Shown in pieces: positions 35,286 through 55,700 of a stretch of DNA of 64,000 nucleotides. How positions within the stretch are numbered: the stretch's first letter is position 1; each line of letters begins with the position of its first letter. Origin of the DNA: Marsupella aquatica. Taxonomy: Eukaryota > Plantae > Marchantiophyta. Under the pieces are notes generated by a model that saw nothing but the letters and a program-made list of their open reading frames with translations, was not told the origin of the DNA and did not search any database. The DNA is taken from positions 23,868,709-23,932,708 of the forward strand of contig OZ316894.1 in the NCBI GenBank assembly GCA_973895155.1, written 5' to 3'. Both the position numbers and the translations under genes were made by a program.

Positions 35286-36159
35286 GACTCCCCGATAAAC
35301 TTGTTGAGATATATAGTTCTTCAATGCAGCAATCTTTCCGATTAAGCTCTACAGCTTACGTAGTTTGCCTTTGGCTGCGGATGTCAATCTTGAGGTTGTG
35401 GCAGTTTTCTACAACTGGATTAACGTACGGGGTAAACTAAGACTTCATCTTATCGGGATCGTACGTACTCAAGCAAAAATGTTGTTTGGCGGATGCTGTT
35501 AAAGAAGTTTAGATCGCTTGAATGGATTGAAGTTTAGACGGTAAAGGATCACAGCATTCCCATTGTAAAGAAAAATACATCGATGATTCTGCCAACCTTT
35601 GGCGCAGCAACGGAAGAGTTGTTTTCTATCAGCCACTCTAGGCAAGCAGCTGAACTACACACTAATTTCCAATCCAGATTAATATGCAATCCATACTCCG
35701 CGTGCAGTGTACTGTTCACACAATGATGGCTAGTGGGCAAACAAAACCCGAACAAAAAACAAACATGTCTATGCACTCAATGCGATGATGACAAGGGATA
35801 TCCCATTCAAGCACCTTCAGTGACTAATTGATTTTCGCAACCACAAATACAAATTCAGTAGATTTTCTCTTGCTTCCGTGAGCATACTTCCGGTCACTTT
35901 GGCGATGAATGCACCACATACTTCCTAACCCCTCTAAATCCATAAAAAACGGGGGGAAGCAACTGGATCCAGAGAGTCGGAGAATACATATTCATAACCC
36001 TCCAGTACATCAGACTCAGTTAAGCTCCATATAGACGCCAACAATGTAGTCAAGATTCCACTGTGGCATAAGCCTGCACAAAGGTGGTACTTTCAGATGA
36101 TTGCATAATGTACATGAATGATAGCAGCATTGAGAAGTCACTGCTGTCTAAACAAAACC

Positions 36160-42302
<6,143 letters not shown>

Positions 42303-45300
42303 CAAACAGGTAGAACGGCATCTCCTAACTTCTTCGTACTCTCCTTTCCCATTAGAACTTAGTGAACACAGGTTTCAAATCCAAGCTATGTTGCTTTAGA
42401 AATACCGTCCAGCCTGGTTATCTGGATAATGTTCTGAATGTGCAAATATACAAGAATTCCACGAAAATATTATGCACTATCCAAGAGCAGACACGCCCCC
42501 ATGACCTCCAAGTAGCACTGACCTGAGAAGTCATTCAAGATGCTTAAGTGGCTGCCCAGAATAATGCCAGTCTGCTACGCAAATTTTCATCGTCCCCTAT
42601 CTTGATCCCCTGAGAGGAAGAAACCTGGCAAATAATTTCACGTTAAGACACATGTCCCTTGGTCGCGCAGCGCACTCAGCAAACGCAATTGTTTCTGAAC
42701 GAAGTGGGAACTCTCCCTAGCAAACAGTTGTCCTTCCGTCCTTCCGCACGGAGAAATCGCACGGAACAGGGGAAGAAACCGGGCGGCATCCTTAATTGTG
42801 GTCAGTTGCTTGTAAGACCATGATAACCGGGGGTCCCGATTGCCGCAGAGACATTCCAGTGAACTACAGGAGACATCATTGCAGAAATTTCAGTACCTCC
42901 AATTCAAAGATCAGTGAACGCTCGAAAAGCCCGTCCGTGCACGGACAGAGTGCTTGTGCAGCTAAGATTTCAATGCTGAGTTTCGACAAAATATATAAAC
43001 CTAATGTAGTAGCGAACTGAACCGGAACAGAGTGTGAGTAGATCGAGCTAAGATTTCTTTGCGGGAGCTTTGAGAAAAAGCTTCGACCTATTGCGAACGA
43101 CTTGAACGAAGCAGACAGAGAGTTAATTAACACAGCTCACGTTGCTGTGCGGAGCTCAAACAAAATGCTTCACCCTACTATTGTAATTGCAATTGTAATT
43201 GCAAACGAACAGACGATGTAAACGGCTCCCACAGGCTGATTGAGAGGAGAGAACTTACAATGATACATAACGCTCCTTCACCAACACTCAAACGAGGTGG
43301 CCCGCTGCGTTAGTAAACTCGGCCAGGGAGTGTTATTTCGGCGTGAACTAGCCTAGCTAATATATAGGGTTTCACCGACTGGAATGGCTCGTACAATGTC
43401 CATGCAGAAGAGCTAGGGGAAAGAGAGGGGGAGAGGCGCGACGACGAGGGAGGGAGGTGCAAATTGGCAAATTTCACACAGAGTATCTTGTCTTATTAGC
43501 AGGATGGCAATACGAGACCCCAGGCAATACGAGACCCAACGACAGAGGGTGAGGGCTTTTGCTGCCCTGAACATTGAGGAAATAGGTGTAGCCCTACTTG
43601 TTTCTAGTCCTTCCAAACTATGCAAACAAAAAACAAAATGCTTGGTTTGGCCTCTCTTGTCTTCTTGGGGTACTTTCCTACTCCCCCCTCCCTTTATTGC
43701 GTTTTTTTGCCTTGGGATCTTGTATCTGGGTTCTTGGCAATGTGATATATATTCAATGAAGGTGGCGCATGAATGAAAGTAGTATCTTGTAGAGCATCTG
43801 TTAAGAATTGACTAGAGTTCTTGATTTCTAGTTAGTTTGGCCTTACTAGGGTTAGTTAACCCTGGATTATTTTAGAAAATAAATCACTTATTTAGACTCA
43901 TAAATCTTAGTTCCCCTTGGGGGTTATAGGTTGGAGGGAGAGCTTTCTCTCCTTAATTCTTCACATGTCCTTTCATATATTGTGGATCCTTCATGAGTTT
44001 CTCCACTCTGAGTGTCTTGTTGGTGTAGTGTTTGATTGAGTGTCTTTCTCATGTTTCGCATTGCTGTCTAGTCCAGAGCCGACGGTTTCTTACAACATCA
44101 GCATGATATATGTCAAAGTTACTAGTCATTGCATACCTTACACATCCTAATCTGGAAACTCACACCATAGGGAGAGGCACATTGTACAGGAGCTTTAAGA
44201 GGGATGGACCAGTAAGATTTGTCCAAAAGTTTAAATTAAGGTGGGGTGAATTCCTTCCTGTGTGATTATTAAATTTGTTTTCTTATGATATAATATTTGA
44301 GAATGAACTTTAGAGGTTAGATCTTGCCTTTGTGTGAGTTTTAGTAATTAGGTGCATTTAGAGGTGGGGAGCATACAGTCTGAATGATCCCATGTGTATT
44401 TATTTCTGTTTTTCTAATTAGAAGAAATGAGAAATTGGGTGTTCTCACTAAGAATGGTTTGGCAAGTTCTCAAAGATGAAGTTTTTTCCTCTCCATTTCA
44501 TTTTGTTGGGGCAAGGTGATAATTTTTTTCGTGCATTTAGGATGTTTTTTTCCAGATTTTGCTTTTGCCCACATTCTTACAATGTACAGTGCTAGAGAAA
44601 GCTATTTTTGGGTGGGAGATGGGGACAAGAGAGGGAGCCTCCATGGCCGCACAACTTCTACCTCTCCCTCCTCTCCACTCACAACTCACTATTTCCCATC
44701 AATTTCTTGCTTCAACAACGTACACAAAATCTGGTTGGTAGCACTATTTCCTGCTGATCACTTTCAATGTCAATCATGTTCAATCTCTTGGTGCAATGCA
44801 AGAGAATCCCACTCTTATGTATTCTTATCACGCTCTTTTTGGACCACAAACTTCTTTGTCCATTGTGTTCTTCATTTTTGAATTCACCTCTCCTCCCTCC
44901 CTGCAACTCATGCTCTAATTTTCTTTTGATAAATAAATCCTTTCCCCATACACTCTTTTCCCTAATGCTAACAAGGCTTTGCTACTTACTACCAACATTT
45001 CATAAATGGTAACACTCCAAAATTGACATCACTTTCTTTTTTGCTGACAAAATGACGCTTACCACTTTAAAACATCTTTGTCCAATTATAGCACTTCAGT
45101 ACCAAATCAGTTACCTTAAGAAGACCTTTTCTTGAGAACTCTATTGTAGAACAATACTTTTGCTATCAACATTATGCTCGATATGTTTTTGGCTTAACAA
45201 GAATTTTTCTCTATTGTGCAACATGAAGGTATTAAGCTCATCTATATGTATAATATGGAATCCCACCAAAAGAAGTCATTGTCTGTTTACAAACTAGCTT

Positions 45301-46449
45301 TTGGTGAGAACTCGTGACCACCTTTAGATTTATTATGTCACTTTTGGGAACCATGAAATTATCTAAAAAATGAGATAACTTATAAACTGAGGTCAATGTG
45401 TATAAGTATATGTGTAAACAATCCCGCCACTTTTTGTCCTTTGTCCTATTACAAAAGTGAAAAAGGCAAAATACCTTGCTTAAATGTGCAAGGTTATTTC
45501 AAACTATTGGATTGACTTGAAAGGGCATCCAAGATTTTTTTTTAAATGGATTCCAAGGTATAGTATGTGTGATAGAGTACATGATGATGCGAGTACAATC
45601 ATGACTATGCTGCTGTAGCTATGTTATAATTAGCCTACTTAGAGTATTGTCTTGGCATGAAGCATTAAAGTGACAATAGATTAAACTTGAGATAGAAGTT
45701 TTTGGAGCTAGCAATAAAGGAGATGTAAGTTGACATGACTATTTAAGCTTTTGGCTTTTGCGAGGGCTTTTATTCTTGAGAAGAGAATTTCATCTTTTGG
45801 AGGTAAATTTTATCTTTTCTTTCCAATTTTTTTTCTCTTTTTAATGGTGTTGAAGGGAAGACAAGGGGGAGGGGGATGGACAAGGCACTCGGAGGGCAAG
45901 GGGGACAGCAAGAAGAAAGAAAGGGAGAGCATAGGGGAGCTAGAGGGAAAAATAGGGTGACCAAAACTAATAATTTTATTAATGTTCTCCCTACATATAG
46001 CATCCCCCAACCCCACCTAGGCAGCACAATGCCCTGAACATCCTTACCAGTCTTGAATCCCCCCGCCCTCCACGTGCTTGCCCTCACAAACAACATCACT
46101 TAAACAACACAACAATGAGTGACTAAAATGACAACATTGCCACAACAACAACCATGCACCAAAATGATACTTTGATCTACAACCATAACATAACTACACC
46201 AATGATCTCAAATTAGAACACTCTCGTAACACACACAACCACATGTATGACAATTGACTTTCAAAACCACAACACAGGCGTAATGACAACTGGACCTCAA
46301 GCACAACACATTCGCAATGAGAATTGTGCAATGCATGGGCATAGGGTTCAAAAGTTCACCTCGCCTCCACGACACATCTTATTGTCAATGGCTTGCTTCC
46401 ATGAAATCGTTTGCACAGTGACATCGTTTACATAACTACACTTTTTCTA

Positions 46450-47420
46450 CATTGACATTTTTTGCAAAGTGACATCTTTTACCCAATGACATATTTTTTG
46501 CATAAATATCTTTTGCACAATGACATATTTTGCATAAATATCTTTGCACAATGACATATTTTGTGCAACCACACTTGACCCTATGACCGCCTCTATCATG
46601 TGCTCCCCCACACCCTCGCCCTCACAACAACACCTTGAGACATGCTTAGTTTGCCTTGACTTGACATTTTTTGTCGCCTTGACATATTGGGTGACATATT
46701 TTTTCTCAACTTGATATCTTTTCCTCACCTTGATATATTTTTCTCATCTCAACTTAGTTTTCTCATCTTGATATCTTTGTCCCACCATGACATCTTTTCT
46801 TTCATTCTCTCCTTGCATCTTCTTCTCTCCTCAATATCTTCTCCTCACTTCAATATCGTTTTCTAATCTTTACCATGTTTTTCCTCGTGCACATCTTTTC
46901 TCTCCTTGACATTTTTTCCTTATCTCAACATCATTTTATCATTTTTGAAATTAATTAATTAATTTTTAAAGAGGAAATTTGTGAAACCCCACAAGTAAGA
47001 GAAGAGAAGAGTCATCCACAATAGTTGAACCCAATACCTATCAGTCTCTACTCAAGTGAGCTATCACAAAGTCATGTCTCTTTGGGCATCATTTTTTCAT
47101 TTTGACACTCTCTTTTTCACTTTGAAGTCTTTTTCTTATCTTGACATATTTTCTCTCTTGGACATTCTTTCTCACATTAACACTTTTTCTTTCCTCAACA
47201 TCATTTTATCTCCTTGACATGCTTTCCTCTCCAAGACATCTTTTTATCTTCTCAACATCTTTTGCTCACCTTACATCTTTTCTCTCCTCGAAATATTTTG
47301 TTCACCTTGACATCTTTTTCTCCTCAACATCTTTCCATCTCCTTGACATCTTTTGCTCACCTTGATGACTTTTCTATATTTGACATTTTTTATCTCTTCC
47401 ATATCTCTCACCTGGACAAC
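46450..47420. repeat. Degenerate CT-rich minisatellite (TTGACATCTTTT(C)TC-like units), probably TE-internal
   Basis: Recurrent ttgacat/caacat/tgatat followed by pyrimidine tracts at ~20-bp spacing; a ~31-bp triplication at 46480-46570. Confidence 0.75.
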
Positions 47421-48083
47421 TTTCCACCAAGGCACTGGCATTGGGCTAGTTCCTTATTATAATAGTAGATTGCATAGTAGGTCTAGTGGACGGGTAGACA
47501 CTTTCAATCATGCCCTCGAGTAGAGTGGGATGTGACTGGCTTTTTCACTCTAGCTTAAACTACTAGGTAGTTGGCCAAGGGAATATCGTTTGATTGTGCT
47601 TTATCAGTTAGATTGAACACTGCAAAGGAGCCGGAACATTCCGCATAGGAGTCGGAAGAAGCAATTCCTAAGGTGTATTCGATGAGGATTTCAACTCACC
47701 GAAGAGACTTCACATGATTTGCCAGTTCGATATCTTCCTCTCGTCGCCAATTTGGTCTGGGTTAAATTACCAAAGCAGTAGGGGAAGTATTATTACAAAG
47801 TTCCTTCAAAAACCCTCAGCAGTCAGTAAATAAGTCAGGTCCGGCGATGGCTCTTGTCGCCAATTTGCTGGGTTCTCCTCCATCTTGCCCCCTGCTCCGA
47901 CCACCTCGAGCTACAGGTATGGTATTCCCCGCGATTCTCTCCTCTTTTCTGGATTCTGGTCCCGTAATGTCATTCTCTGGGTCTTGCTGCCTTCCCCGCA
48001 AACCTTAGATCGTATTGTTCCGCTTTTTGGCCGTTACATTCAAACACCTCGTCATGCATATACTGTCTGTAAGACAAACGAAT

Positions 48084-48266
48084 GAATGAAGAATCGGTGA
48101 TTGAATGAGTAGAGTTGTAGTGCTGGTGGACAATTGACCATGGAATGAAGAATCGGTGATTGAATGAGTAGAGTTGTAGAGCTGGTGGACAATTGGCCAT
48201 GGAATGAAGAATCGGTGATTGAATGAGTAGAGTTGTAGAGCTGGTGGACAATTGGCCATGGAATGA
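48084..48266. repeat. 59-bp tandem repeat x3
   Basis: GAATGAAGAATCGGTGATTGAATGAGTAGAGTTGTAG..CTGGTGGACAATTG.CCATG starts at 48084, 48143 and 48202. Confidence 0.95.
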
Positions 48267-49650
48267 GACTATATGCGACTATATTCTGATTTGGGAATCA
48301 GGGGAGTTGTTTTCAACTGGTTGTCGGATCAAAATGGGGGCTCAAAATGGGGGATCAAAATGCTTTGCTGAAATATCCCACTCGAAGGAGCGGGAAACTG
48401 ATGGACGTTCAGGTTTTCTGGAACTGTGAGGATGAGCTGGGACTCGGGGTTCAGGATGTTACGAATAAATTGTCATCGGTTGGAACTGTTTAGACATCCT
48501 CTTGTTTAAAGTGTGAAAGGGTTCGGGGTTTAGGGTTTAAGGAGCCAAGTTAATTCGCTCCGAGCGGAAGACGCCGGCGAATAGCGAATGTACTTCGAGT
48601 GAGGGTGAATCTATGATTGTATGATGGTCCTGATGTTTTGGTCCGACGGGGACTGAATAAAACTCAACTCGCAGCTTCCTCGAAAGTAAGGGAGCCCACA
48701 CAGTACAGAGGAATGATAACGCTGGGAAAGAATGACGTACGGAAGTTCACAGGGTTCATGATGAAACAGACATATCAGTACAGACACAGCGATTGAAACT
48801 CATGAAGGGCAGTCCCGTCGGCATTGACAGGTGCATAAGAATGGACAGCATCACTGCGACAAATGCAAGGAACTTAGTCCAAAAGAGGCGGGCCTTTCTT
48901 AGATCTTGAGAAGGGCCTTTGCCGTCTTCAAAGCTGTTGTTCTGTTGTCTGCTCCAGCTGGGAACGAGTATTGCAGAAGCAAATTCACACCAAGATCTCC
49001 TTTCCGCTCTCGCAGCGTTGTTGAGAAGGAAAACCTTTTGCCTTATCTGGCTGAATTTGGTTCGTGGTCTTCTTGGCACTCAACAAGGAATTGCAAATGT
49101 GAAAAGGTGAAATCCGTTGGGTCCTTCGTAGACTTTTGAAGCAAGGGTGGCCGTTTAGTTGAGCAGTGGAGGATATGCTGACGGTGGTGATCGGGATAGC
49201 TGAATTCGGAGTGGATGTGATCTGCAATGATGATCACGTATTGTGAGTGTCATTTCCTGAGTAGAGATGGCAAGAACATATTGTTTTGACATAGATGAGT
49301 TACAGTGGGTCGTTTACCGTCACAGAGGAGGACAGCCTTACAATTATAAACATAAACTTGACTGACCCTAAAACCCATACTCCTAATTTCCGAATATTGA
49401 CACGCTTTTGTTTTCTCTGATAGTTGATGGCTTCAAACAATGGGTCCCTAGTAAGCTTACTGGTAGCGGAAATGAAAATATTGCGGCATAGAAGCTCCTG
49501 GCTCCTGGGTTGTTGCTTGCGTGAGAATGGCTCGGCTTGGTTCTGTCTGTATGATCTTGGCCCGAGGAAAATATGGGGGAGCCTCACTGCAACAAAAGTG
49601 CCTTCCTTCGACCCCACGGTTTTCTACAATTCTCAGAGAAGAAACCGCCC

Positions 49651-52263
49651 ATGGAGCATCACCACATTACTCCGATGATCAACAATCAACACTCTGGTGA
49701 AGACCGTGGAAGAGACTCTCTTGTGAGGAGATGTAACCCATTGTCGGCTAGGCCGCCTTTTGTTGGGTTTACTGTAAGGAGAATTAGGCCTGCCCTTGCC
49801 CAAGCTAAAGAATTGCAATATGTGAGGTCATGTAGGTCCTTTTTGGCCCCGCTGTATCTCAAGCTTTCCCTGCCTCAAAATCTGCAATATAGGGCAGGTT
49901 TGCCATGTAAAGCAAGATACTATGGGGTACCTGCATAGCAGGATACGGAGAGGCAGAGGGATTGCGAAACCATCAACACGGAAGGAGGCAGTGGCGCGAG
50001 AAGCTTGGAACTTAAAAGATTTCCAGCCCAAGTCAATGGCCGACAAACTTGTGGATAGAAACTCTCACAATGACATTTTAGCTCACCAAAGAACTTCATC
50101 GGGCTTCTCAGGAGTGAGGGAACGGCATTGGAGACCTCATTCGGGGGCAACAGACCTCTTAGAGCTGGCATCCCAGAAACCAACAACATTCCAGGTGTGC
50201 AAGGTTCTGGACGAACAGAATGATGCAGAGTTGGCTTGGAAGTTTTTCGTGTGGGCAGGACAACAAAAGGGATTCCAACACAATGGCCAAACTTACAATT
50301 CAATGATTATGACCTTCTGCACGGCGAAAGAAATTCAAAGATGTCTTGCAGCTGTTCGAAACCATGCGACGGAATGGCTTTTACCTTGAAAGTGGGGCTT
50401 GGGCGATGATCATCCACAGTCTAGGAGTTGAGAAGATGTACGAGGAAGCTATAAGGCTTTTCGAAACAGCAAAGGCGTATGGTAGCAGGGCCAATGCAAT
50501 GGTGTTCAACAATTATCTGGATGTACTTGTCAAAGCGGCCTATATTTGTCATTTTGAAGTTACTTTTGCTCAAATGCAATCAGCCGGCCATGTTCCAACT
50601 GTGCGGACCTATAGTATACTAATAAATGGGTTCGCAAAAGCTGAGAAAGTGGAGAAAGCTTGTCAATTCTACGATGAAATGAAAGCACAAGGGTGCGCAC
50701 CTTCCATCTCTACCTACAACTCGCTGCTCCATGCCCTTGGAATGGCAGGAAAGTTTGACAAAGCCTTGGAGCTTTGTGGGGAAATGATCGAGTGTGGTGT
50801 TGCACCTTCTCTACATACCTACAGCATTCTGAAATCTATGAGTTCCAGAGACTCTGGTGTACTCTCGACTTCCCACATATTTAAGCGGCTTCAGAAAGGT
50901 GATTCTGAACCTCGGGCGATAAAGTATTGTTCTCTGATTGCATTACTTGCCAACGAGCAAGATCTAGATTCTGCCTTACAGATGCTAAGAGACATGGAAT
51001 CCCGAGGTTGCCTTCCTTCCATTTTCATGTACAATCTAGTACTTTTTTCGCTTCGGAAAAAGCCGGACGCGTGGATACAATCGTGGACCTTTTCAGGATT
51101 TTGAAAGTAAAAGGGTCCGTTCCAGACACAGTGTCATACAGCATCGTCTTAGACGTACTTTGCAGGGCACAGAGGGTGGACGAAGCAGGGCAATTGCACA
51201 AAGAGATGGTGGGACAGGGTCTTGTTCCGGGCACTTGGTTAAGTAACACGCTGATCGAGCTCTTGGCCAGGTCAGATCGAGTGGATCGTGCCTGGGAGGT
51301 TTTCTTGCAAATGCCGGTTTGCACGCCGGATGGTTACACCTATAATATCCTCATATCTATCCCTTGCAAAGTAAGAAATCCAAAGAAAACTTTGGCGTGG
51401 TTAAAGAGGGCAGGTGTGACTCAGAGTTTCTCACCACAAGAACTCAAGGAATTATTAGTCTTTTGCAGCGAATGAAAGAGGTGACCGTTCCAGATAATAT
51501 GATGTATAATAGTTTAATGAGAACGTTATGCAATTCTGGCAGAGTGGATGATGCACACAGTCTCTTACTTGACATGCGAAAGAATGGTCTTCATCCTGGA
51601 TTGAAGGCATACAATCATGTTCTCGAATTTCTGGGAAACTCTGGACAGATAAGCAAGGCATGGAAATTATTCCTTCATATGGACACAGATGCTAACTTGA
51701 TCACCTACTCGATAATGATCAATTATCTGGGAAAAACAGGTAGTTTTGGAAAAGCTTACAAGCTTTTGCAAGAAATGAAAAGCAGCGGCTCTGCACCGAA
51801 TGCTATTACGTACACAGCATTGATAGGCAGTTTGGGCAAAGCTGGGAAACTGGAGGAAATGTATAGTCTGCTCGAAGAAATGCAAGCCAGTGGTTGCCAA
51901 CCCAACAAATTCACATATACTTGCCTCTTACATTCTTTTGCCAAGGCAGGGCAGGTAGAAAAGGCATACGAGATTTTTGAAGAAAGTATCGACAGTGGTT
52001 GCATTCCAGATGTTTATTGTTATAATTGCGTTCTCGCTGGATATTTTCAGGCTAAACGTCCTGATGAAGCTCTCAACCTTGACACTGTAATGAAAAGCAT
52101 GGGCTGTATTGCAAACGAGGCCACATTAAACATTCTTTTTGAAGGGTGTCGTAAGGCAGGTCGATCAAATCTGGCCTCCAACGTATTAGCAGAAATGACT
52201 GGTCGAGGCTATAGGCCTCGTGCTGGTTTCTCAAATAGAAATCGCATCCTTCGAAAAATCTGA
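49651..52263 (+). pseudogene. P-type pentatricopeptide repeat (PPR) gene with at least 3 frameshifts (pseudogene or assembly error)
   Basis: AWKFFVWAGQQKGFQHNGQTYNSMI leader and many 35-aa repeats (TYSILINGFAKAEKVEKACQFYDEMKAQGCAP; TYTALIGSLGKAGKLEEMYSLLEEMQASGCQP) spread over four reading-frame segments. Start position is tentative. Confidence 0.9.
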
Positions 52264-52719
52264 AGAGAAGCTCCAGCTCTGTAGCGTGATATGAGGCTCT
52301 TAGGTTATGTGCTTCCTCTGATTTGAGTCCTTCCCTGAACCTGAGAAGTGTTTAGAGCGGAGGACTTAGTTTTTCTAGGCATTAGTAAAAGCAAGGTAAG
52401 GATGTCGGCAGAGAAGGGTGACTACTTTTAGCTGTTGGCGGTGTTTCTTAGGTCAGCCACCTTTGCACTGAGCGTGCAGTTTTGTCTCTAGTGACTCTCT
52501 TAAAACATATTCTGGTAAAATTGAGAGTATGAGTGTTCATGTTTCGAATTATCGTCCCGAGTGAGACCAGAATGCGGTTTTCTGTGGTTTATAGAACAGT
52601 GAGACCGTCGTTTTTAATTATATTTTGGCTGACATGAGCGTCCGAAATTTCAATTTCATTTATATCCTGTGTCTCGTTGTCTGAGTACGTGGAGAACTTT
52701 TCCAGCTGTTTGTTTCAGT

Positions 52720-55700
52720 ATGGCGAACCTTGGATTTAACACGAAGCGTGAGTGTATCGTTTACGTTTGAAGTTGGTCAAAGGAAATAAGAAAAAAATGA
52801 AAGGGTCTGGTTTTGATTGTGGAGAATATGGGAGGGCATTCTGGTCAATTGAAGGACCAAGCTGGACATTTGCAGTACGGCATTGGTTAGTCCTGCAACA
52901 GAAGAGCTTTCTGGGTTCTGAATCCTTCTTCGAGCTATATCACCTTGTAAAGTCAGTCAGGGCACGCTTTAATACTGTTATCTCTGAATTGTAATGGTCG
53001 CGCTTCAAATTTCTCTTCTGTTAAATATTACTAACATGCACTAATATACCATCAACCCATATTCAGGACGTTGCAGATCATCAACCTCAAACGTTAGGGT
53101 CACTACAAGGGCGACCAGGTGTCTCAGTTCTGGATCGGAGGGAGGTTCCACTGTGCACGGTGCTGTGAGAGATCCACAGGCACCTCGAGAGGGGTCATCT
53201 TTCTTTACAGATGCCTCTCATCTCATACACGACAACCCTCCAAAGGTGCTACTCTATTAATTATGTTTAATCTATCAAGTAGGAACTGTGTTTACGCATC
53301 CACCTAAATGATTGCTCTGTGATGCAGTGTCTTTGCCAAACTATATTAAGTTAACGGGCAGTCGGTTGCAATGGACATGCCTGCTTTATCTATACTTGTT
53401 GCCTTAGTCTGGATTGTTTTTCTTGATCGAGCAGTTATATTATGGGGTCTGTGTCGCGGATCTGAATGGAGATGGACAAGATGAGCTCTTTGTGTGTGGA
53501 TTTGCAAACGAGAATCGTCTCTTGAAGGTAAAGGGGAAAAATCGATCACCAGAAAAGTGGTCAATCCTTCACTATCTTAGTCTTTTCGATTTCTGCCGTA
53601 TTGTGTTTCGCATGTAGATGCTGGCCAAATCGCTACGAGTTTCTGTGATGTGAACTTTAGACGAGATTCAAAATATTGGAACTGCTGCAAATCATTAAAC
53701 TGCCTGCTGGTATTACCTTTGCTCGAGGATGATGTATGACATATTGAACAAGTATTTGCAGTGGTCAGGAACTGAACTGGTGGACGTATCCGTTGGCACT
53801 CCATTAGAAGACCATGACAGGAGAGCAATAGGGGTAGCCGCTGGAGACATGGATGGTGATGGTCAAGAAGAGGTAACCAGAAACTTGTAAAAAGCTTGCT
53901 GATGCATTATATAATGTTTGCGTTATCCTATGCACAAATGACTTGGGTTCTATGTTATTGAAAGTATATGTTGTATTTTCAACGAGAAATGTGTTCTAGT
54001 TTCCCTCACATTTTGTGTTAATATTATGGGGTATTTTCTGCAGCTTTACGTGTTGAACACAGACACATTCCTGGGCAGGAAGCAGTTCACAGACCGGCTA
54101 TTTGATCTGAAGGAAGGCAGGTTGGTTATAATTGGTCGCCCTTAGCATGCATTTTTCAGAATACTGGGTGACTGAGTTTAGGCTAAGCATAGCATAGAAT
54201 AAATAATAATAACTAACATAGATTATAATGGAGGAATTCGCGTGTACAATCCAACTCATACCCTGTCAACGGATTTGTCTGTGTGAGTAAGATGCCTCTG
54301 TGAGAAGATTCATGTGCTGCGACAAAGTATTCCTGTTTTGTGGCACTTACTTCTTTTTCGGAGTCCTGCAGCTGGACAGATCTCTTTTCACTTCCCATGA
54401 ATATGGACGATGCAAACATGTGCGCGGGGCGGTCTGTTTGCTGCGTTGATAGGTTTGGCTCTGGCAGGTCAGTAAACTTGAACTCTTTCTCACAATGCAG
54501 TGCAATGCGTTATCTCATGAGCTACAGTAATCAACCAATATGTATTCAATCATAGTTGTATGGGTTAGAAGGTAAAGGTCAAGTAGCGACCTACTCCTCT
54601 CAGAAGGAATGCACAGGGCTTGACCAAAGTAAGTGACAGGCCGTTTCTTGGGCTTCCCACAGACACTTAGTAGAATACGTCATCGTTTCTGCTGTGTAAT
54701 ATGGTTGCATGGCTTGTTGGGTCTGTTTTGTCAGGTATGGCTTCTTTGTTGCTAATTATGGAGGGCTCATGAAGGTAAGTTACGAATGTGTCGCATCGGG
54801 AGACATCTTGATCATCTGAAACAAATGCCACAATGTCTTGGGTGTTCTGCACAGCACCCTTTGACCGTTTTGCCAAACCTGGGCAAAAGTTATAAAATCC
54901 AGACCTTGTGAAAGCAAGAGCAGCATCGTTGTCTCTCGCCGTTCACAGTTGTTTGGCATGTGAACAGCTATTTGAGCTCTCTGAAGAAGGATTTGTCGGA
55001 GACGTTGCAGCAAAGGCAGGACTATCGACGTACCCAACTGGTGGTCGAGCTCTTGTCTCGCTTCCCCTGGTGTCTCACACAGCCATGGACATCTTCGCTG
55101 GAAATGAGGTTGCTGTCCTTTCACAATCACTTCTTAGTAGGCTGCTATTATTGGCTGCTGCAATCCTGGGGATCATCATTGTGGTCCGTTGTTCTGGACA
55201 TGTTGACCGCTAAGGGAGGATGTAGCAATATGTACGCCAGAACTCCAATGTATGTTGCCATGGTAATCCCTTTTGGCAGGTGAAATAAGCAAATAGGTTT
55301 GCTACAGAGTGATGCTTAACTATATTGAGCTTTCTGGTTCCAGATGAACTTAGCTTCCGCATGTTAGAGTTCTTCTTTCTACATAACATTCCAACTATAC
55401 GCTTGCGCATCAGTAATGACTACATTGAGCAACTGCTTGTATGACGACCCTATTGCAGGGAGGACCTAACTTTTTATTTTGCAACAAATCTGATGGAAGC
55501 GGACAATTTGTGGAATGTGCAGCCACTTATGGGTATGACAATGGGCATCTCATGAAGTTTTGGATTTTACTAGAACACCTTATAATTGTTGTATCTGTGA
55601 AGCTTGACTGTCTTATTTTCACTCAAGCTTGCTCTCGTCTATGCTGACGTATTAGTTTTGTCATTTGAATCTCAGGTTGATGGACCAATCAAATAATTGC

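Noticed and set aside
44441-45311. Weak inverted match gttctcactaa / ttggtgagaac suggesting a MITE
   Set aside because: Only about 11 bp with a mismatch, and no TSD.
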